Source: an uncultured delta proteobacterium (lineage in GTDB: Bacteria > Myxococcota_A > Polyangia > Polyangiales > Polyangiaceae). Taken from it: DNA of 64,000 bases. How positions within the stretch are numbered: position 1 is the stretch's first letter; every line of letters begins with the position of its first letter. The DNA is taken from NCBI GenBank assembly GCA_963782055.1, contig CAWAIF010000003.1:4160001-4224000 (forward strand). The letters are read 5' to 3'. This document shows, one piece after another, positions 1 to 9,398 of the stretch. The notes beneath the pieces were generated by a model. That model was not told where the DNA came from. It saw only the letters and a program-made list of their open reading frames with translations, and did no database searches. Made by a program: the position numbers and the translations under genes.

Positions 1-128
1 CCAACAACGTCTGCACCGCCCTGCAGGCCAACTGGAGCTGCCCGGACGACGGCAGCGGCCTGTGCGAGGCCTTCACCGTCGTCCACCACGGCGCGGCCTT
101 CGGCGGGGTGCTCTGCTGCCGGGATTGA
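1..128 (+). CDS. 3' end of a Cys-rich protein (partial, runs off window)
   Basis: Frame from nt 3 reads NNVCTALQANWSCPDDGSGLCEAF...GGVLCCRD-stop(126-128) with GC3-rich codons. Confidence 0.6.
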   Translation, partial: NNVCTALQANWSCPDDGSGLCEAFTVVHHGAAFGGVLCCRD

Positions 129-200
129 AGGAGGGACGGAGGCGGCACGCCGGGCCGGAGACGGACCCGCGGCCGGCTGCAGAAAGGTCGAGCCGACCCC

Positions 201-247
201 TTGACGCGACGCGTTTTCTGACAATACTTCGCACACGAAACTTTCGT
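201..247 (+). promoter_or_regulatory. Putative sigma70-like promoter followed by a palindromic operator
   Basis: TTGACG at 201-206, AT-rich AATACT at 223-228, and inverted repeat ACGAAA-C-TTTCGT at 235-247, upstream of the MFE-2-like gene. Confidence 0.4.
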
Positions 248-299
248 ACAGGTAACGCCTCGGACCCGCCCCGCGGGCCGAGAGGAGAAGAGGAAAGTC

Positions 300-3200
300 A
301 TGTCCGATCTTCGTTTCGACGGGCGCGTGGTCATCGTCACCGGCGCGGGCAACGGCCTCGGCAAGTCGCACGCGCTGCTCTTCGCCTCGCGCGGCGCCAG
401 GGTGGTCGTCAACGACCTGGGCGGCAAGCACGACGGCACCGGCAAGGGCTCCGCCGCCGCGGACGCGGTGGTCAAGGAGATCAAGGACGCGGGCGGCGAG
501 GCCGTCGCCAACTACGACTCGGTGGAGGACGGCGCCAAGATCGTCCAGACCGCGATGGACGCCTTCGGGCAGATCGACGTCGTGGTCAACAACGCCGGCA
601 TCCTGCGCGACACCTCCTTCCAGAAGATGACGCAGGACGACTGGGACCTCATCTACCGCGTCCACGTCCTGGGCGCCTACCGCGTCACCCACGCCGCGTG
701 GAACGTCACCGGCGGCATGCGGGAGAAGAGCTACGGCCGCGTCATCCTCACGTCCAGCGCCGCGGGCATCTACGGCAACTTCGGCCAGACCAACTACTCC
801 ATGGCCAAGCTGGGCCTGGTCGGCATGGCGCAGACCCTCGCCATCGAGGGCAAGAAGCGCAACATCCGGGTCAACGCCATCGCGCCCATCGCCGGCTCGC
901 GCATGACCGAGACGGTGCTGCCGAAGGACATGATCGACGCGCTCCGCCCGGAGTACGTCAGCCCGCTCGTCGCGTGGCTGTGCAGCGAGGAGTGCGAGGA
1001 GAGCGGCGGCCTCTTCGAGCTGGGCGGCGGCTTCTTCGGCAAGCTCCGCTGGCAGCGCAGCGAGGGCAAGACCTTCAAGCTGGGCCGCAACATCACCCCG
1101 GAGGACGTGCGCAAGTCCTTCGGCGACATCAGCGGCTTCGAGAAGGTCACCTACCCGACCGACATCCAGGCCTCGATGCAGCCCATCGTCGCCAACCTGG
1201 GCACCAAGAGCCGCGGCGGCAACGATCTCATCGACGTCGACGCCGCCCTGGACGCGCCGCCCATCAAGGCGGAGTCGCGCTACGACGAGCGCGACGTGTC
1301 CCTCTACGCCCTGGGCGTGGGCGCCGCGGAGAACCCGCTCGACGCCAAGGACCTGTCCCTCGTCTACGAGATGAGCGGCGAGGGCTTCCACGTGCTGCCC
1401 ACCTTCGCCGTCATCCCGGCGATGAAGGTCATCTTCGACGGCTTCAAGAAGGGCGAGAAGGCGCCGGGCCTCAACTACGGCTTCGAGCGCATCCTGCACG
1501 GCGAGCAGTACACCGAGGTCAAGCGCCCGCTGCCGACGCACGCCAAGCTGCGGCACGAGGTGAAGATCAAGGACATCTACGACAAGGGCAAGAACGCCAT
1601 CGTCGTGACGGCCATCAAGACCTTCGACGAGAGCGGCGACGAGCTCGCCTACAACGAGCTCACCTCCTTCGTCCGCGGCGCGGGCGGCTGGGGCGGCGAC
1701 CGCGGCCCCTCGACCGACGTCAACGTGGCGCCCGATCGCAAGCCGGACGCGGTGGTGGAGGAGAAGACGCACCCCAACCAGGCGCTGCTCTACCGCCTCT
1801 CCGGGGACATCAACCCGCTCCACGCCGACCCGTCCTTCGCGCAGGGCTTCGGCTTCGACAAGCCCATCCTGCACGGTCTGTGCAGCTTCGGCTTCGCCGC
1901 GCGCGCGGTCATCAAGGCGATGAGCGGCGGCGATCCGCGCTTCTTCAAGAGCATCAAGGTGCGCTTCGCCGACACGGTGTTCCCCGGCGAGACGCTCGTC
2001 ACCGAGATGTGGAAGGAGTCCAAGACGCGCATCGTCTTCCGCACCAAGGTCAAGGAGCGCGACAAGGTCGTCATCTCCAACGCGGCGGTCGAGCTCTACG
2101 AGGAGATCCCCAAGCCCAAGCCCAAGCCGGCGGCCAAGCCCGCGCAGGCGACGACCACCGCGCCGACGATGCCCATCAGCGCCGACGTCTTCCACGCCAT
2201 CGGCGAGTTCATCGAGCAGAACTCGGCGATGGTCGGCAAGATCGCCACCGTCTACCAGTTCAAGCTCACCGGCCCGGACTCCGTCTGGACGGTGGACCTG
2301 AAGAACGGCAAGGGCTCGGTCACCCACGGCGCCACCACCGCGCCGGAGTGCACGCTCGAGCTCAGCGACGCCGACTTCATGGCCATGTGCACCGGCAAGG
2401 CCGACTCCATGAAGCTCTTCATGGAGAAGAAGCTGCGCATCTCCGGCAACCTCATGGCCAGCCAGAAGCTGGAGTTCCTCAAGAAGATCGATCCGCAGCT
2501 CGTCATCAACGCGATGAACGAGCGCGGGGGCGACGCGGTCGCACAGACGGGCGACGCGGGCACCGGCGGCCCGGACGCGCAGGAGCCCTCGGCGTCGGAC
2601 ATCTTCGCCGTCATCGGCGACTTCATCGGCCAGAACCCGGAGATGGCCGGCAAGATCGCTGTCGTCTATCAGTTCAAGCTCACCAGCCCCGACAGCGTCT
2701 GGACGGTCGACCTGAAGAACGGCAAGGGCTCCGTCGCCGAGGGCGAGACCGCCAAGCCGGAGTGCACGCTGGAGCTCACCGAGGCAGACTTCCTCGCGAT
2801 GACGACAGGCAAGAGCGACCCCATGAAGCTCTTCATGGACAAGAAGCTGCGCATCTCCGGCAACCTGATGGCCAGCCAGAAGCTCGAGTTCCTCAAGAAG
2901 ATGGACCCCGAGAAGGCCAAGAAGATCATCGCCGAGCGCAAGGGCAAGTCGGGCGGCGCTACGGCGGCGAAGGCCGCGCCGGCGGCGGCTCCGGCCCGGA
3001 GCAAGGCCGGACAGGCGGCGGCCATCTTCGCCGCGCTGGGCAAGCGCCTCGCCGAGCAGCCCGCCCTCGCCAAGGAGGTGGGCGCGGTGCTCCAGTTCGC
3101 GGTGGACGACAAGCAGTGGGTCGTCGACCTGACGGGCAAGGGCGCGGTGAAGGAGGGCTCCGACCCCGAGGCCGCCGCCACCATCCGCATGTCCGACGCG

Positions 3201-3323
3201 GACCTCGTCGCCCTGGTCAAGGGCGCCGAGAGCGCGCTGTCGCTCTACATGCACGATCAGCTGCGCGTCGACGGCGACGTCCGCGTGGCGCAGAAGCTGG
3301 GTTTCCTGAACAAGTTGGTGTGA
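300..3323 (+). CDS. Multifunctional enzyme type 2-like protein: SDR 3-hydroxyacyl-CoA dehydrogenase + MaoC/hydratase-2 + three SCP2 domains
   Basis: TGAGNGLG, NNAGILRD and YSMAK SDR motifs; YRLSGDINPLHADP and ILHGLCSFG hydratase-2 motifs; repeated WTVDLKNGKG...KLRISGNL SCP2 units; SD-like AGGAG/GAGGA upstream. Confidence 0.93.
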   Translation: MSDLRFDGRVVIVTGAGNGLGKSHALLFASRGARVVVNDLGGKHDGTGKGSAAADAVVKEIKDAGGEAVANYDSVEDGAKIVQTAMDAFGQIDVVVNNAGILRDTSFQKMTQDDWDLIYRVHVLGAYRVTHAAWNVTGGMREKSYGRVILTSSAAGIYGNFGQTNYSMAKLGLVGMAQTLAIEGKKRNIRVNAIAPIAGSRMTETVLPKDMIDALRPEYVSPLVAWLCSEECEESGGLFELGGGFFGKLRWQRSEGKTFKLGRNITPEDVRKSFGDISGFEKVTYPTDIQASMQPIVANLGTKSRGGNDLIDVDAALDAPPIKAESRYDERDVSLYALGVGAAENPLDAKDLSLVYEMSGEGFHVLPTFAVIPAMKVIFDGFKKGEKAPGLNYGFERILHGEQYTEVKRPLPTHAKLRHEVKIKDIYDKGKNAIVVTAIKTFDESGDELAYNELTSFVRGAGGWGGDRGPSTDVNVAPDRKPDAVVEEKTHPNQALLYRLSGDINPLHADPSFAQGFGFDKPILHGLCSFGFAARAVIKAMSGGDPRFFKSIKVRFADTVFPGETLVTEMWKESKTRIVFRTKVKERDKVVISNAAVELYEEIPKPKPKPAAKPAQATTTAPTMPISADVFHAIGEFIEQNSAMVGKIATVYQFKLTGPDSVWTVDLKNGKGSVTHGATTAPECTLELSDADFMAMCTGKADSMKLFMEKKLRISGNLMASQKLEFLKKIDPQLVINAMNERGGDAVAQTGDAGTGGPDAQEPSASDIFAVIGDFIGQNPEMAGKIAVVYQFKLTSPDSVWTVDLKNGKGSVAEGETAKPECTLELTEADFLAMTTGKSDPMKLFMDKKLRISGNLMASQKLEFLKKMDPEKAKKIIAERKGKSGGATAAKAAPAAAPARSKAGQAAAIFAALGKRLAEQPALAKEVGAVLQFAVDDKQWVVDLTGKGAVKEGSDPEAAATIRMSDADLVALVKGAESALSLYMHDQLRVDGDVRVAQKLGFLNKLV

Positions 3324-3346
3324 GCGACTCCGGAGAAGGTGCAGCC

Positions 3347-4525
3347 ATGAAGCGTCGAGTCAATGTGATTGGCGTCGGGATGATCAAGTTCAGCAAGCCC
3401 GGCGCGAGCGAGGACTACAACGTGATGGCCGCCAAGGCGGCCCGCGCGGCCATCGAGGACGCCAAGGTGCCCTACGCCGAGATCGAGCAGGCCTACGCCG
3501 GCTACGTCTACGGCGACTCCACCTGCGGCCAGCGCGCCGTCTACGAGGTGGGCCTGACCGGCATCCCCGTCTTCAACGTCAACAACAACTGCTCCACCGG
3601 CTCGACCGCGCTGATGCTCGGCCGCCAGGCGGTCGAGGGCGGCATCGCCGAGTGCGTGCTCGTCGTCGGCTTCGAGCAGATGGAGAAGGGCGCGCTCGGC
3701 AGCAAGTTCACCGACCGCACCAACCCGCTCGACCAGCACGCGGGCGTGATGAGCAAGGTGCAGGGCTTCAACAACGCGCCCCCCGCCGCGCAGATGTTCG
3801 GCGGCGCCGGCCGGGAGTACCGCTGGCGCTACGGGACGAAGAAGGAGACCTTCGGCAAGGTCAGCGAGAAGGCGCGCAAGCACGCGCACCAGAACCCCCT
3901 CGCCATCTTCAACAACCTGCTGACGCTGGAGGAGATCATGACCTCCCCGGAGGTCTTCGACCCGCTGACGCGCTACCAGTGCTGCCCGCCCACCTGCGGC
4001 GCAGCGGCGGCGGTCATCTGCTCCGACGACTTCGCCAAGAAGCACAACATCCAGAAGCCGGTCTACATCGCCGCGCAGGCCATGACGACGGACTACCAGT
4101 CCAGCTTCGGCGACTCGATGATCAAGATGGTCGGCTACGACATGACGGTGAACGCCGCGAAGAAGGTCTACGAGGAGAGCGGCATCGGCCCGGAGGACGT
4201 GGACGTCGTCGAGCTGCACGACTGCTTCACCGCGAACGAGATCCTCACCTACGAGGGCCTCGGCCTGTGCAAGGAGGGCGAGGCGGAGAAGTTCATCGAG
4301 GAGGGGCAGAACACGTACGGGGGCAAGTACGTGACGAACCCGTCGGGCGGGCTCCTGTCCAAGGGGCATCCGCTCGGGGCGACGGGGCTCGCGCAGTGCA
4401 CCGAGCTGGTGTGGCAGCTCCGGGGGCAGGCGGACAAGCGGCAGGTGGAGGGGGCGAAGGTCGCGCTGCAGCACAACCTGGGGCTGGGCGGGGCGTGCGT
4501 CGTGACGATGTACAGGAAGGATTAG
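3347..4525 (+). CDS. SCPx-type thiolase (lipid-transfer protein family)
   Basis: Starts MKRRVNVIGVGM after GGAG; NVNNNCSTGS, ELHDCF, SKGHPLGATG and QHNLGLGG motifs. The upstream part of ORF 62..4525 is a shadow frame. Confidence 0.93.
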   Translation: MKRRVNVIGVGMIKFSKPGASEDYNVMAAKAARAAIEDAKVPYAEIEQAYAGYVYGDSTCGQRAVYEVGLTGIPVFNVNNNCSTGSTALMLGRQAVEGGIAECVLVVGFEQMEKGALGSKFTDRTNPLDQHAGVMSKVQGFNNAPPAAQMFGGAGREYRWRYGTKKETFGKVSEKARKHAHQNPLAIFNNLLTLEEIMTSPEVFDPLTRYQCCPPTCGAAAAVICSDDFAKKHNIQKPVYIAAQAMTTDYQSSFGDSMIKMVGYDMTVNAAKKVYEESGIGPEDVDVVELHDCFTANEILTYEGLGLCKEGEAEKFIEEGQNTYGGKYVTNPSGGLLSKGHPLGATGLAQCTELVWQLRGQADKRQVEGAKVALQHNLGLGGACVVTMYRKD

Positions 4526-4549
4526 GGGGGCCCCTCCTCGCGTGTGCTC

Positions 4550-4634
4550 GGGCCCATGCTCGCTCGCACGCGTGCCGTCGGTGGGTGCGAGGTGCACCGG
4601 CGTCGGCACGCGCGCGAGCTTGCGCGTGGGCCCT
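4550..4634. repeat. Long imperfect stem-loop (REP-like or terminator-like) after the thiolase
   Basis: GGGCCCA...GCTCGCACGCGTGCCG pairs with CGGCACGCGCGCGAGC...TGGGCCC. Confidence 0.55.
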
Positions 4635-4778
4635 GCGCGCACGCGCAAGCTCGCCCGTCGCTCGCTCGCGCTCGCTCGGGACGGGGAGGATGGTGTCGTG
4701 CACGACCCTTCCTCGGCGGAGATGCGTCGTTGACCCTCCCCTCCCCCGCGTTCGAGGAACGGGGTGGGCGGCGCACGA

Positions 4779-4905
4779 GGGGCTTCGTGCAGCGCCACGC
4801 CGGTGGGCGGAAGAAGCCCGCCGGCCTTCCGGGTGGGCGAGCTGGCGTGACTGCGGCCGTCATGCTTCTTTCGCCTCGGGAGGGCATGGCGCTGCACGAA
4901 GCCCC
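4779..4905. repeat. Perfect 19-bp inverted repeat
   Basis: GGGGCTTCGTGCAGCGCCA (4779-4797) is the exact reverse complement of TGGCGCTGCACGAAGCCCC (4887-4905). Confidence 0.85.
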
Positions 4906-5028
4906 CTCGCTCTTCTTCCTCCATCACCACGCTCGGCGGATCCGGCGGGAGGATGCGACGCGGTCGGAGGTGATGATGTGGCGGGCGCTCAAGGGGCGGA
5001 AGGTGGGCGGGTGAAGTTCCGGCGGCGG
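4886..5028 (+). pseudogene. DUF559 (Vsr-like endonuclease) N-terminal remnant
   Basis: [28 protein letters not shown], then VKFRR in a shifted frame; matches the family-typical AR.LR...T.AE..LW..LR....G.KFRRQ start; truncated. Confidence 0.6.
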
Positions 5029-5092
5029 CGAGAGCGGCTCGGACTGGTCGGAAGCGCGCGCGCGCATCCTTCGGCGTCTCGGCCACGCGTGA
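5015..5092 (+). pseudogene. Addiction-module antitoxin C-terminal remnant
   Basis: [25 protein letters not shown]; its TGA overlaps the GTG of the following ParE-like gene (GTGA); no start codon in frame. Confidence 0.5.
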
Positions 5093-5364
5093 AGCTGCGC
5101 ATCGATCCGGAAGCAGAGGAGGAGCTCGCCGCTGCCACGACGTGGTACGAGTCCCAGCGCGCAGGACTGGGCGCGGACCTCGTGGCTGCGGTGGACGCGG
5201 CGTTCGAAGCAATCCTGTCGGCCCCGCTCGCGTCTCATCGCGCTGGCGAGCGCGTTCCTCGCCCCGGGCGGCGAAGCGTACGTGGGGGGCGAGACGTACG
5301 TGGCGAAGCCGGCGGGGACGCTCTTTCGCCGCGCACCGTGACCCGACACGATCAGCGACGATAG
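5089..5364 (+). pseudogene. RelE/ParE-family toxin, N-terminal half only
   Basis: [46 protein letters not shown] is a typical ParE N-terminus; the C-terminal RFPY...AH motifs are absent. Confidence 0.65.
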
Positions 5365-5593
5365 TCGCGCCGCATGGATCCGTCGTGGCGGCCGCTGCGC
5401 ATGCAGCAGGCCTTGAAACCGCCTCGTCGACCCGCACGGGCACGGATCGTTGCGACCGAGGCGCTCGAGGAGCTCCTTGTCGCCGTGCACGACGCGGTCA
5501 CCGCGCTTGACGTGGGCTTCGGACGGGAAGCCCGCGCGGCGCTTGCTCGTCCGCTCGAAAGCAGGGGGCTTCCAGGTGGTCCTCGGGTCTCAT
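5352..5593 (-). CDS. Small SEC-C zinc-binding protein needing two +1 frame changes (copy 1)
   Basis: SD GGAGGT + ATG 5593; +1 frame gives [48 protein letters not shown]; a second +1 gives FKACCMRSG...YRR-stop, completing the CPCGSxxxFKxCC motif. Confidence 0.7.
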
Positions 5594-6143
5594 GGCGCAC
5601 CTCCCGGTGTGCTGGACGCACGCGCGGCGCGCGCCTGACATCGCTCGCGCGCGGCTCAACGGCGAGGCTCGTCCCCACCGGGAGCTCCATCACCAGACCC
5701 CGCGTCGCGTAGCCGAGGCGCTCGTAGAGCTCGCGTGCGCGGGTGTTCCAGCTCCAGACGTGGAGCTGGACGGCCTCGGCGCCCTTGGAGGCGGCCCACG
5801 CGTGCGCGGCCTCGAGGAGGGCGCGGCCGACGCCACGACCTCGGTCCGGCTCGCGCACGACGACGCCCTCGACGACGGCGACGCGGCGCGGGACGGACCC
5901 GTCTCCGTCGCGCGGGGGCTTCATCAGCACCTCGACGACGCCCAGGACGGCGCCGTCCTCGCGCGCGACCAGGAGGGCGTGATCCGGGGAGCGGATCCGT
6001 TCGAGCATCCAGTCCATGGATCGCGCGGGGCCCGCGCGCGGGCGGAACACGTCGGGCGTCTTCTCGGCGTGGACATGATCGGATTCGGCGAGCACCTCGC
6101 AGACCGCGTCGTAGTCGGCCAGGGCGGCGGGTTCGACCAGCAT
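5352..6143 (-). CDS. GNAT acetyltransferase copy 1; 3' indel near 5670 removes the stop and gives read-through
   Basis: [10 protein letters not shown] and [11 protein letters not shown] motifs; near-identical to 9399..9887 up to VME, then diverges in frame. Confidence 0.8.
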   Translation of the reverse strand: MLVEPAALADYDAVCEVLAESDHVHAEKTPDVFRPRAGPARSMDWMLERIRSPDHALLVAREDGAVLGVVEVLMKPPRDGDGSVPRRVAVVEGVVVREPDRGRGVGRALLEAAHAWAASKGAEAVQLHVWSWNTRARELYERLGYATRGLVMELPVGTSLAVEPRASDVRRAPRVRPAHREVRHETRGPPGSPLLSSGRASAARASRPKPTSSAVTASCTATRSSSSASVATIRARAGRRGGFKACCMRSGRHDGSMRRDYRR

Positions 6144-6160
6144 CGAGAGAGGCTAGCACC
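5424..6160. repeat. Direct duplication copy A (GNAT + SEC-C, ~735 bp)
   Basis: Aligns by eye with 9173..9904 at high identity. Confidence 0.92.
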
Positions 6161-6323
6161 CGAACACGATCGACCAGGAAGTCGCCCGGCTCCTGGGCCT
6201 CACGGGGCTCTACGGGCGTCGCCCCACTTCCGAGGCGCGAGCGCTCGAGTCGGCATGGCTTCCCATCGAGCCCACATCGCCGTCGGACCCTTTGGCCGAC
6301 GTGCGCAGCGGCGGCCCGTCGTC

Positions 6324-6950
6324 TCAGAATCGCCCTGCCACGCCGGCGACTGCGCCGCCTGGCAGGAGCGAGACCACCGGCACGGCGTCGGGATCGGACG
6401 CCTTTTTCGGGTACGTCCTCGCGAGGAAGGCCGCATCGATCGCCATCGCGGCGACGATACCCACGCCGGAGCCGACGATGCCGGCGTAGATCATCGCGTT
6501 CTCGTCGCTCACGGTTCCGCCGCCCCCGCCGCAGTTGAAGCACCCCCGGCCGTAGGGAGCTCGCTGCACGAGCGAGCCGAACGCCGCGCCGAGAAATCCG
6601 TTCGCCACGAGCGAGAAGGTGTGCAGCCCCAGGCTCGCAAGACCGATGAGGCCGCGGCCGTGAAACCAGTGCACCGTGGGCGCGGCGAAGATGGCCGCAC
6701 CGCCGACGAGCAAGGACGGCACGGGGTTGCCCGTCGTCAGGGCTAGCCCCGCGCTCCCCGCGACCGCCCCGAGCGCCACCACGTCGGCGAGGACGATCTG
6801 GCCGGGATAGGACGGCATCGGAGCCTGGTGATGCTCCACCGGCGGCAGCATCGGATCGTCCACCACGTCCGGGGCGGCGGCGTGCGCGCTGCTCGCCAGA
6901 CTGCAGACCGCGAACGCCACGCACGTGGCCAGCACCGCGCCGACTCGCAT
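6324..6950 (-). CDS. Exported/membrane hypothetical protein
   Basis: Signal peptide MRVGAVLATCVAFAVCSLASSAHA; Gly/Ala-rich hydrophobic segments; ends VAGRF. Confidence 0.75.
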   Translation of the reverse strand: MRVGAVLATCVAFAVCSLASSAHAAAPDVVDDPMLPPVEHHQAPMPSYPGQIVLADVVALGAVAGSAGLALTTGNPVPSLLVGGAAIFAAPTVHWFHGRGLIGLASLGLHTFSLVANGFLGAAFGSLVQRAPYGRGCFNCGGGGGTVSDENAMIYAGIVGSGVGIVAAMAIDAAFLARTYPKKASDPDAVPVVSLLPGGAVAGVAGRF

Positions 6951-7039
6951 GCGCTCAGCGTACTGCCCCGCGGTGCTCGACGCCACGTGGGCCACGGCGG
7001 GCACCGGAGAAGGACGCGCGGGCTGGTGGCCGGGAGGGA

Positions 7040-8182
7040 TCACGAACGGCCGCGTTCGAGCGATGCCTCGAGGCGCTCCTCGTCCAGGGTCTCGTCGGAC
7101 GCGGCCTCCAGGGCGACGCGCACGTGCGGATCGGCGGACTGGTTGGCGGCCACGCGGACGGTGACGCGCGCCTCCGGATCGTCACGCAGCGCGAGGGCAG
7201 CCCCGACGCGCCGCTCGAGCGCGACCTTCGGGTCGACGACCACGCCCACCAGGTCCGTGCGATCGAGCGCCGCGTCGCGGAAGCCGCCGCCCGCGAGCTT
7301 GCGCAGCTCGGCGATCCACGCGCCCGTGGACCGACCCCCGCGCTCGAGCGACTCGAGGGCGCGCGCCGAGTCCCTCTCGTAGCGCGCGCGGCCGTCGCGG
7401 ATTCGCCCGACGATCGCGTCCACGCGCGCGCGCGTCTGGGCGACCAGGGGCAGCACCAGCCTCCCGCTCTCCAGGCCGACGACGATCTGCTCGCCGGTGC
7501 CCTGGCTCGGGTCGAGCGAGCAGACGTTCACGGCACGGATGGCCGAGTACGGGACGAAGCGCGGGCGGAGCACGCCCGTCGTCCGGAGCCCGTCGAGCCC
7601 CACGATCACGCCGGGTCGCAGCTTCTTGACGACGAGCACCGTCGCGGCGACCGCCACGATGGGAGGAACGGCGAGGGCCGCCGCAGTTAGGTGCAGCGAC
7701 GCCATCACGACGGAGGCGACAATCCACGTGCTCATGAACCCGAGGAGCCCGCGGGTGAAGACGCCGAGGACGCCCCGCAGCGATGCGGAGAGCGCGCGCT
7801 GATCCAGCGTGAGCCCCAGCTCCGCGAGCACGTCGGCCGGGGTCCGGTCCGCCGGCTCGGCCTCGATCACCGCGCCGTCGCGCGCGTGGAGGATCACCTT
7901 GGATCCGGCCCTGTAGCCGTCCTCGACCGTCCGCGCGTCGACGTCGAGCACGACGTCGTGCCGGAGGCGGCGGCCGGCCAGGACGGCGGCAAGCACCGCA
8001 ATCCCGAGTCCGGTGACGAGCACCGCACCCACGGGCGCCGACCACGACGCCAGCATGATCGCCGCGAGCGGTGTGACGACGAGGCCGGCGACGGCCGCGA
8101 GCGCCACGCGCCAGCGATTCGAGCCGACGCGCAGCGTGCGGCAGGGCACGTGGAGCATCTTCGCGCGGCTCGAGCGGGTCAT
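7040..8182 (-). CDS. Membrane hypothetical protein
   Basis: Two pairs of TM helices and a helical C-terminus (RGGRSTGAWIAELRKL...RRVGAALAL); start uncertain. Confidence 0.7.
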   Translation of the reverse strand: MTRSSRAKMLHVPCRTLRVGSNRWRVALAAVAGLVVTPLAAIMLASWSAPVGAVLVTGLGIAVLAAVLAGRRLRHDVVLDVDARTVEDGYRAGSKVILHARDGAVIEAEPADRTPADVLAELGLTLDQRALSASLRGVLGVFTRGLLGFMSTWIVASVVMASLHLTAAALAVPPIVAVAATVLVVKKLRPGVIVGLDGLRTTGVLRPRFVPYSAIRAVNVCSLDPSQGTGEQIVVGLESGRLVLPLVAQTRARVDAIVGRIRDGRARYERDSARALESLERGGRSTGAWIAELRKLAGGGFRDAALDRTDLVGVVVDPKVALERRVGAALALRDDPEARVTVRVAANQSADPHVRVALEAASDETLDEERLEASLERGRS

Positions 8183-8219
8183 CGACGCGAGTGTAGCGGA
8201 CGGCGCCGGATGCCACACG

Positions 8220-8975
8220 TCAGGGCGGCGTGGGTCCCGGGGCGGCGCACAGCTTCGAGGAGCCGGCGCGGCAGCCGATGCGGGTCGCTCGGTCGATGGC
8301 CTTCGACACGAGCGGACTCGACGGCGCGTTCTGCAGGACGCCCACCAGGTACTCGCACGCCGTCGCCACGCCGTCGGGGTGGTCGAGCGCACCGTCGCAG
8401 CCTCTGAGCAGTGCCTGCAGCGCCCGGGAGCGATCTTGCGGGACGCCTTCCCCCCGCGCATACGCCGCACCGGCCATGGCGCAGCCCTCCGCCTCGCCGG
8501 CGGCGCAGGCGAGCGCGAAGAGCCTGGCGGCGCACGCGAGGCTCACCGGATCGCGATGCTCCAGGCGCACCGTCGCACCGTAGTTGGTGCACCCGAGCAC
8601 GTTCCCCAGACGACACGCTCGCTCGTAGAGCCGCAGCTCCTTGCCGCGGTCGGGGTGGTCCGACTCCGCGTCCATGTTGCCTGCGGTCACGCACGCCGGG
8701 GCGCCGCCCGCGTCGCAGGCGCGCTCGCACGCGTGCGCGTCGCCGCACGCGTCGTCCGGCTCCAGACCGGAGATGGCGCCTGCGGGCGCCGCGCAGGCGG
8801 CGATGGCCGGCTTCGCGGACGAGGCTGAAGGCGCAGGCGCGTCGGGCAGGCGTACCTCGGTGGCCGCAGGCGACGCGGGTGGAGGGCTGCTCCCGGCACC
8901 GCACCCGAGCATGAGCAACACGCCGCAAACCGCGCGGACGTGTCGGGCGGCGAGAGGGAGGGTCGGTGGCTTCAT
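8220..8975 (-). CDS. Sel1-like repeat Cys-rich lipoprotein
   Basis: Lipobox LMLGC; repeats [28 protein letters not shown] and [14 protein letters not shown]. Confidence 0.8.
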   Translation of the reverse strand: MKPPTLPLAARHVRAVCGVLLMLGCGAGSSPPPASPAATEVRLPDAPAPSASSAKPAIAACAAPAGAISGLEPDDACGDAHACERACDAGGAPACVTAGNMDAESDHPDRGKELRLYERACRLGNVLGCTNYGATVRLEHRDPVSLACAARLFALACAAGEAEGCAMAGAAYARGEGVPQDRSRALQALLRGCDGALDHPDGVATACEYLVGVLQNAPSSPLVSKAIDRATRIGCRAGSSKLCAAPGPTPP

Positions 8976-9172
8976 CGCGAGCCGGAGAGTGGTCGGAGCG
9001 CGCAGCGATGGCAAGCCGGGCGCTCGCGCGTGGCGCACCCCGGACCGGGCACCGGCAGTCGCAGCACGCCGTTGAGTGCGAGACCCCAGGTGCCATCCGC
9101 CCCGCTCGTCTGCGTCTGCCTTGCGATGGCGGTCGAAGCTCTCCCGCGACGCCCACGGCATCGCGCATGGGT

Positions 9173-9342
9173 TCGTCGATCCGCACGGGCACGGATCGTT
9201 GCGGCCGAGGCGCTCGAGGAGCTCCTTGTCGCCGTGCACGACGCGGTCACCGCGCTTGACGTCGGCCTCGGACGGGAACCCCGCGCGGCGCTTGCTCGTC
9301 CGCTCGAAAGCAGGGGGCTTCCAGGTGGTTCTTGGTTCTCAT
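9173..9342 (-). pseudogene. SEC-C gene copy 2, 3'-truncated
   Basis: Same SD/ATG and same TTT-CGA site (9309-9304); lacks the RRF-KACC tail. Confidence 0.7.
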
Positions 9343-9398
9343 GGCGCACCTCCCCGTGTGCTTGACGCACGCGCGGCGCGCGCCTGACACCGCGTCGC

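Noticed and set aside
62..3346. Apparent 1487-aa ORF fused to the thiolase
   Set aside because: The first 1095 codons are an Arg/Gly-rich off-frame shadow of the MFE-2 gene; the thiolase has its own SD and ATG at 3347
6161..6323. Coding-like stretch NTIDQEVARLLGLTGLYG on the + strand
   Set aside because: No start or SD and no recognisable family; too weak to call
8220..9239. SEC-C-Sel1 fusion ORF
   Set aside because: The SEC-C half is the truncated duplicate and the Sel1 protein has its own lipoprotein signal from 8975; the in-frame join is probably incidental
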